NCBI GenBank assembly: GCA_951406725.2
Contig: OX597824.1
Span: 68,696,001-68,760,000 of the forward strand
Direction: 5' to 3'
Origin: Octopus vulgaris
Lineage: Eukaryota
DNA length: 64,000 nt
Position 1 is the stretch's first letter. Each line of letters starts with the position of its first letter. Positions 1 through 12,895 of the stretch are shown one piece after another. The position numbers were made by a program, and so were the translations under genes. The notes under the pieces are model-generated. The model was given only the letters and a program-made list of their open reading frames with translations. It had not been told where the DNA came from and did not search any database.

Positions 1-78
1 ACCTATGATCATAGATCTGCTTAATGAAGAATTTACTAGCTGGCTGGCTGGTTGGCTAAGCAAGGGTTAAATGAAAAC

Positions 79-625
79 AAGAATAAGAACATAACATGGC
101 AGTCCTGGTTTAGGACTAATGTTGCTGTAATTTAGCCCCAGGAGACATCGTCTCTAGCTGGTTATACAACACGAACTCAGCTCAAAACAATATCTGTATA
201 TCGCGATTTCTGGGTTATTTCTCTTCATCAGCACAGAATAATTGCTTGGCTAGAAGTGGCTCATAACGTGAGATATTCAGTAACAGTACTTTGTAGTAAA
301 GATTGTTTGCCGACATAACATAGCAGTCCTGGTTTAGGACTAATGATGCTGTAATTTAGCCCCAGGAGACATCATCTCTAGCTGGCTATACGACACGATC
401 TGTGTCCGTATATTTTCGAACAAGAGAATCTAGCACCCCCACACAGCTCAAGACAATCGTATGGCCAGCTAGAGACGATGTCTTCTGGGGCTAAATTACA
501 GCAACATTAGTCCTAAACCAGGTCTGCCATGTTTTGTTGGCAAACAATTTTTACTACAAAGTACTGTTGCTGAATATCTCACGTTGTGAGATTTAAAAAC
601 AGTAATTTCCTAAGAATAAGAACAT
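79..625 (-). mobile_element. Penelope-like/retrozyme-like HHR unit: partial tandem repeat plus foldback copy
   Basis: Direct repeat 89-191 vs 313-457 (second copy ~45 bp longer internally); inverted repeat 261-393 vs 457-590; HHR at 193-237; 14-bp direct repeat AAGAATAAGAACAT at 79-92 and 612-625 (candidate TSD). Confidence 0.65.
193..237 (-). ncRNA. Minimal type I hammerhead ribozyme motif
   Basis: Minus strand reads TCTGTG-CTGATGA-A-GAG-AAATAA-CCC-A-GAAA-TCGCGA-TA-TACAGA: 6-bp stem I, intact core, palindromic stem III ATCGCGAT, UA cleavage site. Confidence 0.75.
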
Positions 626-1152
626 CGAAAACAGCAGCAACAACAACAACAACAACAACAACCTCAGACACAGCCACCACAGCAACAACAGTAACAGTAA
701 TAGTAATATTACGACTGTGTCAAGAATTAATAAAAAGAAAAAGAAAATAGCGAACTTCATGGAAATATCAAAATAATTAGGTAAACAAGAACCATTATAA
801 AAGCCAAGTAATACGAGTGGAACCAGTTTTCTATAAATGTTGTATAAATGTCACTGCAAGAACGGTGAAGAGTCTCTTTCTTTCTTCTTACTGATTTGCT
901 CAAGGAAAGCGGTAAGCAAATAACCTGGTTACAAAAATAACAAAACTTTGGAAACACACTTCTGATATTTACATTTGGAAATCTTTGTTTTCTTTAGCAT
1001 TGCATTTAGTTTGGTAATTATTTTATCGATTGTATTTGGCGAGTCGTTAGGCTGGGGGACATAAAGGAACATTACGTAAATACACACACACATACGCACA
1101 TATATGTATATATACATACACGCGCACGCACACACACACACGTATATAATAA

Positions 1153-1239
1153 AAGACACTTACCTAATATGCCATGCAGTGGGACTGAACCCGGAACCAT
1201 GTGGTTGAGAAACAGGCTTCTACCACGCAGCCACGCCTA
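1153..1239 (-). mobile_element. SINE family A, head fragment
   Basis: Reverse complement of the tRNA-like head seen at 23361 (GGCTGCGTGGTAG...GGGTTCAGTCCCACTGC). Confidence 0.8.
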
Positions 1240-1659
1240 AAACACAAAAAATTTAAGCCTAACGACTTGACGAACTTTTTTCCTTCTTTCCTTTTCCCTT
1301 TTTTCTTTTCCTTTTTCCTTTTTCTCCCGTCAATATTCTTCTGATAAACTCTAAATCATTCTTACGATGTTTGTTATATGGAACGAGATAAATGCTATTT
1401 TACCTCAAAAATAACAAACTGAAACAGCTGTAAGTGTTATTTCAACTACAATTAAACTATGACCATTTAATACCAATGATCAACTTCTAATTGTTAATTG
1501 GTGGTCCATTTCTTTTTTTATCTGAATACATTAAACCACGGATTATCATTTAAATTACCAACTACTATTAACATTGTAGCAAGGGCTATACATAGTTAGG
1601 TAATACATCAGTAGTGCCTAGGAATACTTTTATCCTTTAGATGGTTGGATAACCTCTAA

Positions 1660-1694
<35 letters not shown>

Positions 1695-2916
1695 GCATTC
1701 CAAAACCGAGTTGCCGTTTTTGACGTATGGGGTATCAAAAGATTCAGTGAGCTTTTGGCTACCAACTAAACTATATTTTCATTCACTTATTTGCATTACA
1801 AAAGTTTAAGATTATCATTTTTCTTTTAGTCACCTGTAGTAAACATCTTTTACTATCACCACCACCACAACGACGATGACGTCACATTTTCTATATATGT
1901 TCGCGCCTTCGTTACGTACGTTAGGCCGATGACTGACATGTGTGTGACGGTGTTTCTGTCTGTCAGTATACATACATTTTTGTGACAACTGACATACACA
2001 CACACACAAACACACACACACACACACCTAAAAACTGAGACAGACATACGCAAGGACAATGTATGTGTCTCTTACTTTATGCATGTAACTTCTCCCAACA
2101 TTCCCTAACAGTGAAACGCGTCGATATTGAAAGTTTACTTGCGGCCTGGACTTCAAACAAATAACAACGTTCACTTTCAAGTACTACCAACATAAATATT
2201 TGGCTGATTTAACACCACTCGCAATACTCGCGAATATATGTGAAAAAAGAAAATATTATTCTGGTTATTATAACAAATTCGGAAACTTGGCGAAGTAGAA
2301 AGCCCCAGCGGCTCTTTCAATTTAAATACAGAAACGTTATTTCACTTGAAACCAGTTTCAAGATAATGTTTTTTTTAAGAGTCCTTGTATTCTTCATCAC
2401 TGTGAGTATCAACGTCGCATAACCTTCTCACTGCGTTACTCAGCCTATAATGTTACACAGTTCAAAAACAGCTCCTTCCTTTTTATACACTTGGTTCAGC
2501 GTTCGTTTCAAAATTGTAGAATTAAATATTTTACTACGAAAAATTGAATTATGCCTTCTGAATTTTCTTGGACTTTCACTTTCTTCACCGTGACATTCAT
2601 TCAGTTGTGAATTTTATAACATTTAGTAAATGTTCCAAATAAATGTTGACTTTCTGTACTTTCTTACATAGGTGACGCATATTAACTTTTGCTAAATTGA
2701 TGACCTCCCATTTTTTAAATAGTATAACTATGCTACAGAAAGTATGTTTTGCCTCTATATTGATTACATTTCCTTCTGCTTGAAATTCGTGAGTGTACGT
2801 TTTGCTGTGTTCAATATTATCAGTTCTATGAGTGTATGTGTGCATGCTTCTGTGTTCCTTACATCTATAGTAAACTATAGTAAAGTATATTTTACGCTGG
2901 TTTAATGAGCTCACAT

Positions 2917-3096
2917 CTAATGATTGGTGATCCCATTGAATATCATGATATTCTCATTCGTGTTCAAGATAACAACCTTAAACGTGTTTCACAGACTCAT
3001 CCCTCTTATGATGCTCTCCAGTATAATCTTATTCTGTGGAATGGACAAGATGGGTATTATTTCAATATTCGTTGGATTGAATCTGCAACAGGATAG
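2917..3096 (+). pseudogene. Helitron Rep/helicase protein fragment
   Basis: Translation HDILIRVQDNNLKRVSQTHPSYDALQYNLILWNGQDGY matches the conserved Helitron RepHel motif RDI...L.RI...H.SYDALQYPL.F..G.DG; isolated fragment ending in a stop. Confidence 0.8.
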
Positions 3097-3473
3097 CCTC
3101 CACATTGCACCTCCACACACACATACACACACATATATATATATATATATACACACATACAAACATAGTGAGAGAGAGAGAGAGAGAATGAGAGAATGAA
3201 AGAAAGTGAAAGTGAGAAAAAGTGAGAGGGACACAATATACAGACATACATACATGCGTACAACGTCCGTCCGTATATCCCAAAGATGAAGCTTTGTGCT
3301 TTCATGAAAACCAGTCCTTTTCTCAGAGGAACAATTCAAATAATGAAAAACCAGAAAAGAACGTACACGTGAGCATTTCGGGGCAAAACAAAATGGAGAA
3401 GATAGCAGTTGGATACAGAAGATGGGGTAAAATATGTTTTGTTTTAAATTGAAGTTGTAAAGACATTGCTATA

Positions 3474-3509
3474 CGTTACCCAGGGTTTCATGTGACCGAT
3501 CATCAGACA
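3474..3509 (-). ncRNA. Minimal hammerhead ribozyme motif
   Basis: Minus strand TGT-CTGATGA-TCGGTCACAT-GAAA-CCCTGGG-TA-ACG: intact core, stem III ACCC-T-GGGT, weak 3-bp stem I, no stem II. Confidence 0.55.
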
Positions 3510-3607
3510 GTCGATAGGAAATTCTCGACTGTTTAATGATTGGTCTCCAGAACCTTCAAGTAACAGTGAGAAAAACAATTTCACTTTTAATTACAAACAC
3601 ACACATA

Positions 3608-3669
<62 letters not shown>

Positions 3670-3687
3670 GCACTCTCTTTTACACTT

Positions 3688-3931
3688 TTTACTCTTTTAC
3701 TTGTTTCAGTCATTTGACTGCGGTCACGATGGAGCACCACCTTTAGTCGAGCAAATCGACCCAAGGACTTATTCTTTGTAAGCCTAGTACTTATTCTATC
3801 GTTCTCTTTTTGCCGAACCGCTATGTTACGGGGACGTAAACACACAAGCATCGGTTATCAAGCGATGTTGGGGGACATAGACACACAAACACACACACAG
3901 ACACACAGACACACACACACACACACACACG

Positions 3932-3967
<36 letters not shown>

Positions 3968-4137
3968 AATATATATACAATGGGCTCCTTTCAGTTTCCA
4001 TCTACCATATCCACTCATAAGGCTTTGGTTGGCCTGAGGCTATAGTAGAGGACACATGCCCAAGGTACCACGCAGTGAGACTGAACCCAGAACCATGTGG
4101 CTGGTAAGCTAGCTACTTACCACAAGGCCACTCCTGC
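3688..4137 (-). mobile_element. SINE family A, full length
   Basis: tRNA-like head, internal (TA)n(TG)n tract, tail GGTGCTCC...GCAGTCAAATGACTGAAACAAGTAAAAGAG; high similarity to 23361-23812 and 51835-52283. Confidence 0.9.
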
Positions 4138-4367
4138 ATACATACAAATATATACTGTGGACATGTGAGTGAGTGTGTGTGCGTGTGATGGAAATTCAGA
4201 AATAATAAGCATAAAATTTAGTGTCCCTAGATTTCCGACGTCGCTACATTTCATTTGTTGCCATGGTCCTTCACTTTATTAAAAAAGAAAAAGAATAGTC
4301 TGAGACTCTAAGAGTAACAGAAAAATAGTCAGGCACGCACGAACCCAGACACACACAAGCACAAACA

Positions 4368-4548
4368 CGCGCACGCACATGCACGCGCACGCACATACAC
4401 GCGCACGCACATGCACGCGCACGCACATGCACGCGCACGCACATGCACGCGCACGCACATGCACGCGCACGCACATGCACGCACACGCACATGCACGCAC
4501 ATGCACGCACACGCACATGCACATGCACTCACACGCACATGCACGCCC
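4368..4548. repeat. 16-bp minisatellite (GCACATGCACGCGCAC)n
   Basis: About 7-8 near-perfect units then decay; strictly alternating purine/pyrimidine. Confidence 0.9.
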
Positions 4549-5162
4549 GCATATGTACAGACATATAAAGAGAAAGGAGGAGAGAAGGAAATGGAAAGAG
4601 AGAGAGAGAGAGAGACTGAGAAAGTGCACGCAAGTGTCTAAGTGTGAAAGAGAAGAAAACATGGCAAAGTATATCTTACAAGACCTGGTAAAATTTTAAT
4701 TAAATAAATAAAATAATAACAACAACATGAATTATGGAATCAACAAAACCATTCACACACAATTCAGAAACGCACATGCGCGCAAGTATGCAAACATCTC
4801 ACGCTCATATACGAACACATTTTACACGCAAACGTACAGCGATGCAAAAAGTTCCGTTCCATCTTGATAACAGTTCTGTTGTACATATGTTCGGACTCCA
4901 TCTGTGTAGCCTGTGTCCTTACGACTGGCAATAAATCGAAAGAGCTCTGTAAACAAGGAATGATATCTACGTTGTCCCGTTTAGTTTGCCTCAAGTTCTG
5001 TCCGGTGCCTTTGGTTTGGTTCAATGGGTGCTGTTAGCTGATTGGCTCACTGGTTACTTGATTTCTTGGTTAGGTCATCAGTTGTGCTTGTTTTATTTTT
5101 GTTGTTGTTGTTGTTGAGCCGTAGGTTATCCGAATCTTTTAAAAAATCCTCCCTGTTTCATC

Positions 5163-5437
5163 TTACTTTTTATGTGTTTCAGTCATTAGACTGCAGCCAT
5201 GCTGGGGTGGAGGTGTAGAGGGCACCCCCCAGCATGGCTGCAGTTGTTTTTTTAATCGAACGAATTGACCCAAATATTATCTTTTCTTAAAGCCTGGTAC
5301 TTATTCTATCGGTCTCTTTTGCCGAACCGCTGAGTTATGGGGACGTAGACACAACACCGGTTGACAAGCGGTGGTTCGGGACAAACACAGGCACAAAGAC
5401 AAACACATACACGCACACAAACATACATACACACATA

Positions 5438-5511
<74 letters not shown>

Positions 5512-5669
5512 GGACGGGTTTTTTTCAGTTTCCGTCGACCAAATCCACTCACAAAGCTTTGGTCAGATTGAGGTTATACTAGAAGACACTTGCTCAAAGT
5601 GCTACACAGTGATGCTGAACCCGAAATCATGTGGTTGGGTAGTAAGTTTCTCACTACGTGATCACATCT
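5163..5669 (-). mobile_element. SINE family A, diverged
   Basis: Tail, right arm, (CA)n(TA)n and head blocks in order; small inverted duplication of CCCCAGCATGGCTGCAGT within the tail. Confidence 0.85.
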
Positions 5670-6860
5670 AGTCAGAATCTTAAAACATTTTCCACTGTTG
5701 CAGTTATGCATACTGATGAAGGCACATATTTAATTTATTTTCTGTAGAAATTCATAAAAATTACAAGCTTTAAATTATGAAACTTTAGCTAATCAAAATC
5801 GTACATTGCCGACATAGTGGAAGTCGCAATTGTCTGTTTTCATTGAATAGCATAAATATTTCCATCTCATGCCACAACCAGAATAATAACCAGTTGTCTT
5901 CTGTTTTCTATTTCAACAAGGTTCCTCGAACGAGTGCAGGGAACCGTATTTTTGATGTCTTTTTTTTTAGATAGAATAATTTTTATTATACAAAATGGGT
6001 TGGCTCTGTTTTACTTCTTTTATTTATATCAATTCGTTAACATTTAGCCAATTAACTAATCGGTGGTTTGATTTATCGTTCGGTCAATAATCAATCAGCC
6101 CAAATCCTTTCATCACCATTCGCAACCATATCAATAATATGCCCGCTGTATTCGAGGTCTGCTTCCGGCTTAACCACGCCGGTGCAAATGTATTCCTTCC
6201 AATAAAAGACAATGCGTTCATCTATCTCTGATTGAAAACAGTTTCAATATTAAAATTTTTAAATTAAAATTTTTTACATAAGAAAACATTTGAAAAATCT
6301 GATAGTCTGTCATAACACTTTTAATTCTTTATACAGGGTGTTGCGGACTGAAGAAAGTCGAAGATCACTGGCGTAGGGTTTGATACTGGATATGGTAGAT
6401 ATAGCAACCGAATCTTCGTTAGGTGACACAACGGCCTTAGTAACGATATGACACGTTGGGTTTTGTATACGAGGAAAAACACAGTGTCTGAAAAAAAAAA
6501 AAATGGATGCTTATGGTCGGAATGTATTTGATCATAGAAAAATTTCTTCAAAGCTGACCTCATGTTAAACACGAACAGACAAATTCACAAACGTACTCAC
6601 TTAGAAGGCACATATGCGCGACATAAGACATAAACACACTAACACAAATACTCACAAGACACACACACACACACAGAGACAGACAGAGACACACACACAC
6701 ACACACACACACACGCGCACTTATTTCTGTAGTAATATCCATGTTTTTTATTGGACTATTTGCCTTGAGTTTTCCAAATGTCCATTTGTGTCTCATTGTC
6801 TCTCAATGTCTCTTTTTAGACGTTAATCTAACCCACCTTCCTGTCTGTCTGTCATTCTGG

Positions 6861-6909
<49 letters not shown>

Positions 6910-6938
6910 CATCCATCCATCCATCCATCCATCCATCC

Positions 6939-6995
<57 letters not shown>

Positions 6996-7803
6996 CCTGT
7001 CAGTCAGCCTGCCTGTCTGTCTGCCTCTTCTCTCCCCCCTCCCTGCCTCCCTCCTTCTCTCCTTCTATTTTTCAGTATCTTTCTACCCCTAAATTCTGTA
7101 TATTTCTCTCTTCCTCATTCCCTTTCCAGCAAAAATCATCGATACACTCCATGCGTCCAAGTTTCAAGTGTGCGCACATGTTTGTGTGTCTCTGTCTGTT
7201 TGCGTGTGTGGCTAAGTAAATACGACAGCCTCTGTGTGTACAGCAGTAAATAACCGACAGATTTTTCGAGAAATTTCAATGAGATTACCATATGCCAGTG
7301 CATTTCGGTTCACTGAAATGTAGCGTGTCGAGCACAGAACAAATAAATGCATTCCACTTTCTTCAGTCTGTCTCTGTCCCCGCGGTTTTATTACATTAGA
7401 TAGACAGACATCTACTTGTTTATCTAGGCGCTTCACTATGCACTTTCAGAGAAGTATAACATTTTGTAGAAATCTAAGTTGAAAGCTTGAAAAAAAACCT
7501 AAACTACAACACAAAAACCTATTAGAAGTGGAAACTAAATTTACTATTCCTGTGTGTGTTTGTGGCTAAGAGCGTTCGTGAATGCTCATGTGTATGTTTG
7601 TGTATGTGTGTATATCTGTATGTGTGTGGGTGTGTGTGTGTGTGTGTGTGTATGCGCAGAGGCTTTTTTTTATTTGTATTGATTACATACGTGTGTAAAG
7701 TCGATTAACTTAAAATGTTCACTGAGCTGAGTTTTTGCAGCGATGAATATATTGCGCGTTATTAGGAGGATGAAAAAAAAGCTTCGAATAAAAAATGCCC
7801 GAG

Positions 7804-7854
<51 letters not shown>

Positions 7855-8046
7855 GCAACCACAATAATAATAATAAGTTCGTATTTTGACACAAGAGTAA
7901 TCATTTTGAAGGTGGCATGAAGGGACTTTTACTCACCATCAGTTGTTGGTTTTGGCTTATATCAGCGCACTTGCATATATGTATGTATGAATGTGCGTTC
8001 ATACAAATTCATACCCACCCACAATCACACACCTACGACCCCCCTC

Positions 8047-8087
<41 letters not shown>

Positions 8088-8111
8088 GCATATATATATA
8101 TATATATATAT

Positions 8112-8357
8112 TCGCCTCCTGGAGGAGCAAAAGCCACATTGAGACTCAGACGCCATATTTGGAACTAAGAAGGTATTTAAACGTTCTAACATAATGTTGG
8201 CAAGTACCTTTCAAACCACAGACAAAAGCGAAATCCCAAGAAAATTATCACATAGATCCTTTCTTTTGGCCCCGATTTATACAAGGAGACTAAAGTGGCA
8301 ACAATCCAGTCTTGAGGCACTTTCTCAGTTCTCCAGCAGTGACAAATTAATATATTT
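8112..8357 (-). pseudogene. RTE-clade LINE reverse transcriptase fragment, inverted 5' part
   Basis: ICHCWRTEKVPQDWIVATLVSLYKSG, then after a frameshift CDNFLGISLLSVV*KVLANIMLERLNTFLVPNMASESQCGF: N-terminal RT motifs of RTE elements. Confidence 0.85.
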
Positions 8358-8364
8358 AAAATAT

Positions 8365-9165
8365 ATCGAACAGGGAGTGTTTTTAATCTGACCAGACTGA
8401 AATTCAAAACGAAGGTTTTTACTTCACTCATTAAGGAACTCTTATACACTGACGATTGCGATCTAGTCAGTCACTCCTGAAACAGGTCTGCAATCTCTTA
8501 TATCTGCATTTGTCTCAGCTTGTGATGATTTGGGCTTGACCATCAACTTGAAATAAACAGTTGTAATGTATCAACCTGCATGTGGTGCTGTTTGCAACCC
8601 CACTAAAATTTTTGTTAAGGGCAAGTTACTTGAAATTGTTGATTCTTTCACCTACCTTGAAAGCTCTGTACAAAATGATAGAAATCTGGACACAGAAATA
8701 CATCTGCGAATTCAAGGTAGCGCAAGCATTTGGTGGTTTGGAGTCACGTGTTTGGCGCCAACGACTTGTAAGTAACAACATAAACTGGCTCTTTACAAAT
8801 CGTTTGTCTTACCATCCCTGTTGTAGTCTTCTGAAATATGGACATGTTATAAGCGACATTTCAAATTGTTAGAACAATTCCACCAAAAATGCCTTCATCG
8901 CATTTTAAAGATTAAATGGAGTTCTTTTACTCCAGCACAGATGTTCTTGCATCTGTAGGCATCACTTCAATTGAAGCAATGATTCTGAAAACTAAATGAG
9001 ATGGTCTGGCCATATTGTTCTAATGGCAGATGAACGCACACCCAAACAGCTGTTTTATGGCTAATCGGTGTAAACCTAAGAAGAGGTTTAAAGACGGCAT
9101 AAGGACTACCATGAAGTCACTTGGAATGGATCCAGAAGACACAGAAACCCCAACAAAAGTGTGGA
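8365..9165 (+). pseudogene. RTE-clade LINE reverse transcriptase, 3' part
   Basis: GSVFNLTRLKFKTKVFTSLIKELLYTDDCDLV (YADD-like), FTYLESSV, EIHLRIQ, AFGGLESRVWR, RWSGHIV, PKKRFKDGI; multiple stops and frameshifts. Confidence 0.9.
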
Positions 9166-9175
9166 GTGGATTGAA

Positions 9176-9340
9176 AGTCGATTACATCAACCTCAGTTTT
9201 CGACTGGTATTTTTTTAATGACTCCGCAAGGACGAAAAGCGAAGTCAACTTGGGCGGAATTTGAATTCAAAACATAAAAACTGTCAATAAGCTGTGTGGT
9301 ATTTTGCCCGGCGTGCTAACCATTCAGCCAGCTCACCACT
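9176..9340 (-). mobile_element. SINE family B (Meta-domain-like)
   Basis: Diverged reverse complement of GAGCTGGCAGAA..GTTAGCACGCCGGGC..TTCAAATTCCGCC..GACTTTGC. Confidence 0.8.
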
Positions 9341-9849
9341 GGAAATGCAAAAGTACAAGATTTAAACGCAAGACTAAATTATTTACATTGGTGAATATTA
9401 AAATGTCCGAATTCAGCATATACTTGTTAAACCATTGATTACACAAGAACTTCGAGAAGTATATATTTTTGAAACGCTAGATTATGAGTTGTGCTGTGTG
9501 TTCTTTATGTTATTGTAACTGTTATAAGTGTGTTGAGGAAGTTAGAACTCTGGCAAAAAGAGGTTAGAGAGGGTTAGATATCACAATATAAAAAAAATAA
9601 ATAAAAGATGGAAAATGAAATAATACAAGGTAAAGTATAAATACGGAAGTGACGAATACGAAGAAATAAGCTATATATATACTGTACTATATGAAAGATA
9701 TATGCTGTAGAATATGAAAGTTTGAGGTATTTTAAGATAATATGAAGATACTAGTTTCGAATCATTGTCAAAACTATAAACGACAACATACACATACATA
9801 TATACATACATACATACATAATACATACATACATACATACATACATACA

Positions 9850-9883
<34 letters not shown>

Positions 9884-10046
9884 CATGCATGCATGCAGAG
9901 ATGCACAGACAACCGAAAGAAAGGATACATACAAGGATTATTCACTAAGCGGAATGTGTGTATGTGTGTGTGTGTGTATATATGTATGTATGCTTACATT
10001 AATATGTACATAAATATGTGTGTTTATATATATATATATACCCCCC

Positions 10047-10094
<48 letters not shown>

Positions 10095-10272
10095 TGTAAG
10101 TATGCATGTATAAGTTTATGTATGTAAATTTATACACACGCGCACACACAGAGGCAGAGGTATATACATACATATATATATATACTTAAAGTCAAAACTA
10201 CCATAATAAATACATTGTACCGAACGCGAGGGAATGCAACTCTCGAAGTGAGCCTTTTAAAAACAGATTCAG

Positions 10273-10332
10273 CTGCAGATCATATGATTTCATAATTAGT
10301 GTACAAAATGTACTTTTTAATCGTCAGTGCAG
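10273..10332 (-). ncRNA. Type I hammerhead ribozyme motif
   Basis: Minus strand CTGCA-CTGACGA-TTAAAAA-GTACA-TTT-TGTAC-ACTAATTAT-GAAA-TCATATGA-TC-TGCAG: perfect 5-bp stem I, intact core, 10-nt palindrome ATCATATGAT, UC site. Confidence 0.8.
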
Positions 10333-10541
10333 GCATAATCAAGACACATAAAAACGAAAAAAAAAATCAACATACCAGATGAACACCAAATGTATCCAGC
10401 ATAGTACATAGAATTGTTCACACTTATATTTCTATGTAAGAGGCGGCCTTTTCGAATTGCATTTCGGTACACGCGTTTATTCAAAATAAAATTCAGCACT
10501 GAATATATTCCCGTTAAATTTACAATTCTTATAAAGATTTT

Positions 10542-10626
<85 letters not shown>

Positions 10627-10846
10627 GTATATATATTAATCATAAGGACACATTAAAGTGTCTACCCGCTAGAAATAAGAGTCAAAACCCTTATTTGGAC
10701 CACCAAAAATTTACACTGAAACAACAGATTCAACGGTATACTAGCAGATTGAAGACATCTCTCACATAGCAATAAAGCATAAAGCTATATATTTAATGGT
10801 ACAGGTATATATGTGATCCGGTTTCAGCTTCCTCAGCACATCATAA

Positions 10847-11066
10847 CCCTTTGAAACACTACCCGAATCTGTCATGTTAAAATCTGCTGGCGTCCTAAAT
10901 TACATAGCGCCAAAATGAGGACAGCCTCAATGTGAAAAGTACTAATCAGGTGCAAAATATTTGGAAGTGAATATTTACAACCTCACATCTGTCCGCATTT
11001 TGGCGCTAAGCAATTAAGAACGCCAGCATATTTCAACGTGGCAGATTCGGATAGTATGTCAAAGGG
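10847..11066. mobile_element. piggyBac-type MITE at the centre of the palindrome
   Basis: Ends ATAA|CCCTTTG ... CAAAGGG|TTAA, i.e. CCC/GGG termini with a (one-mismatch) TTAA target site; ~78-bp terminal inverted repeats. Confidence 0.65.
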
Positions 11067-11071
11067 TTAAG

Positions 11072-11122
11072 ATGTGCTGAGGAAGGTAAGATCTTTGTAT
11101 CAAACCAGAAACCGGTACACAT
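11072..11122 (+). ncRNA. Type I hammerhead ribozyme motif
   Basis: ATGTG-CTGAGGA-A-GGT-AA-GAT-CTTTGT-ATC-AA-ACC-A-GAAA-CCGG-TA-CACAT: perfect stem I, intact core, palindrome ACCGGT. Broken mirror copy at 10811-10841 on the minus strand. Confidence 0.8.
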
Positions 11123-11458
11123 ATATACCTGTACCATTAAATATATAGCTTTATGCTATATTGGCATGTGAGAGATTTTTTCGATCTGCTAGTATACCGT
11201 TGAATCTGGTTTCAGTGTAAATTTTTTGGTAGTCCAAATAAGGGCTTTGACTCTTATTTCTAGAAGGTAGATACTTTAATATGTACTTATGATTAATAAA
11301 ATTTCAATCCTTTAGCTGTATAAGGCAATTTCTCGATTTCTAAGACCTGCGACCACATATATCAATCTTTCTGTTTTAATCAACTATTTATATTGCCTTC
11401 GATAATAATAGCAATACTAATATCTTATAAATATTCGCTTCCGAATATTTTGCTGCTA

Positions 11459-11562
<104 letters not shown>

Positions 11563-12596
11563 GTCTATCTGTCTATCTGTTTATCTGTCTGTCTGTCTGT
11601 CTGTCTGTCTGTGTGTGTGTGTGCGCATGCGTTTGTGTGTGTATGTGTGTGTGTGTGTGTACCATAAATCGTAATATATATGTATTGTATATGTATGTGT
11701 GTAAATATGTGTGCGATATGACCATGCAAATGCATTGCACACACACAATACAAACACACACACACATGCAGACATACACGTACACACACACACACACACA
11801 CTCACACATACACAGCCACAAACACATACACATACACACATACTTATTACAAATTGACACTTTCACTTCTATTCGCAATAGAGCCTACGAAATCTAAGCT
11901 GCAGAACTGTGTGTTTGCAGGGATGGATAGGTAGGCACTTGGTGAGTCCCAGAACTTTTTACGGAACACTCTACAACTGTTTGTGTCAGCATTTGACCCC
12001 AGCGTCCGTAAATATCGGGACATTACCATCCCCTAATAATATTCATTATTTTTACAACTTTTATTTAGAGCCGCAGGCTGTGGTAGCGAAGGCGGTGGTT
12101 TGTATTGGGAGCTTGGCATAGCTACGTCGGTGGCGCTGGAGTAGAGGGGCGGCTTAGTGTGGTAATGATGTTTTACTGGGTTGGTAAAGAGACAGTGATT
12201 AGGGAGTTGGGTTAGATGAGGAGAGGTGAGGGTGTTTATGCTTTATTTGATAAGGGCCAGTTACTAGGAGAACGGAAATTTGAATTGCGCCGGTTGTTAT
12301 GTAGCGTTTTTCTCGTCGTAAGGACATTGTCTTGGGCAAGGGTGGGTTGCGAGAAATGGTGGAACCTCATGATGGCGAAACGCAGTATGGCCGAATATAT
12401 ATATATATAAATATATATATATATATGTACACATAAGGGAGACAGAGAGATACAGATACATACAAATCTATCTGTTTATTTATATCCATATATATATATA
12501 CACACATGTCTATGTATAAATAAAAAGATAAATATGTATATACATACATATATATATTTATATATACGGTTGTGCCTGTATGTATATAAATATATG

Positions 12597-12632
<36 letters not shown>

Positions 12633-12662
12633 TGCATATACATATATGTGTGGATGTGTGAA

Positions 12663-12700
<38 letters not shown>

Positions 12701-12795
12701 TCAGTTGATGCGATACCTCGTGGAATGGTGGTGTAGCAGTGGTAACAGTAATGCCAATAGTAATAGTAGTGATAATGGGTGTTCTGATCGTGGTG

Positions 12796-12895
<100 letters not shown>

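Larger units (their letters stand above)
10634..11298. repeat. Long inverted repeat (~290/310-bp arms, ~64-bp spacer)
   Basis: Left arm 10634-10924 is the reverse complement of right arm 10989-11298 with scattered mismatches and one indel. Confidence 0.95.

Noticed and set aside
5055-5086. Minus-strand CTGATGA...GAAA
   Set aside because: No palindromic stem III or stem I; consistent with chance. The same applies to CTGATGA at ~5714 and GAAACGCGTC at ~2114.
6330-6345. TACAGGGTG Tc1/mariner-like TIR start
   Set aside because: No matching opposite terminus or transposase remnant found.
12362-12392. CTCATGATGGCGAAACGCAGTA hammerhead-like string
   Set aside because: Core mutated and no stem I pairing; insufficient support.
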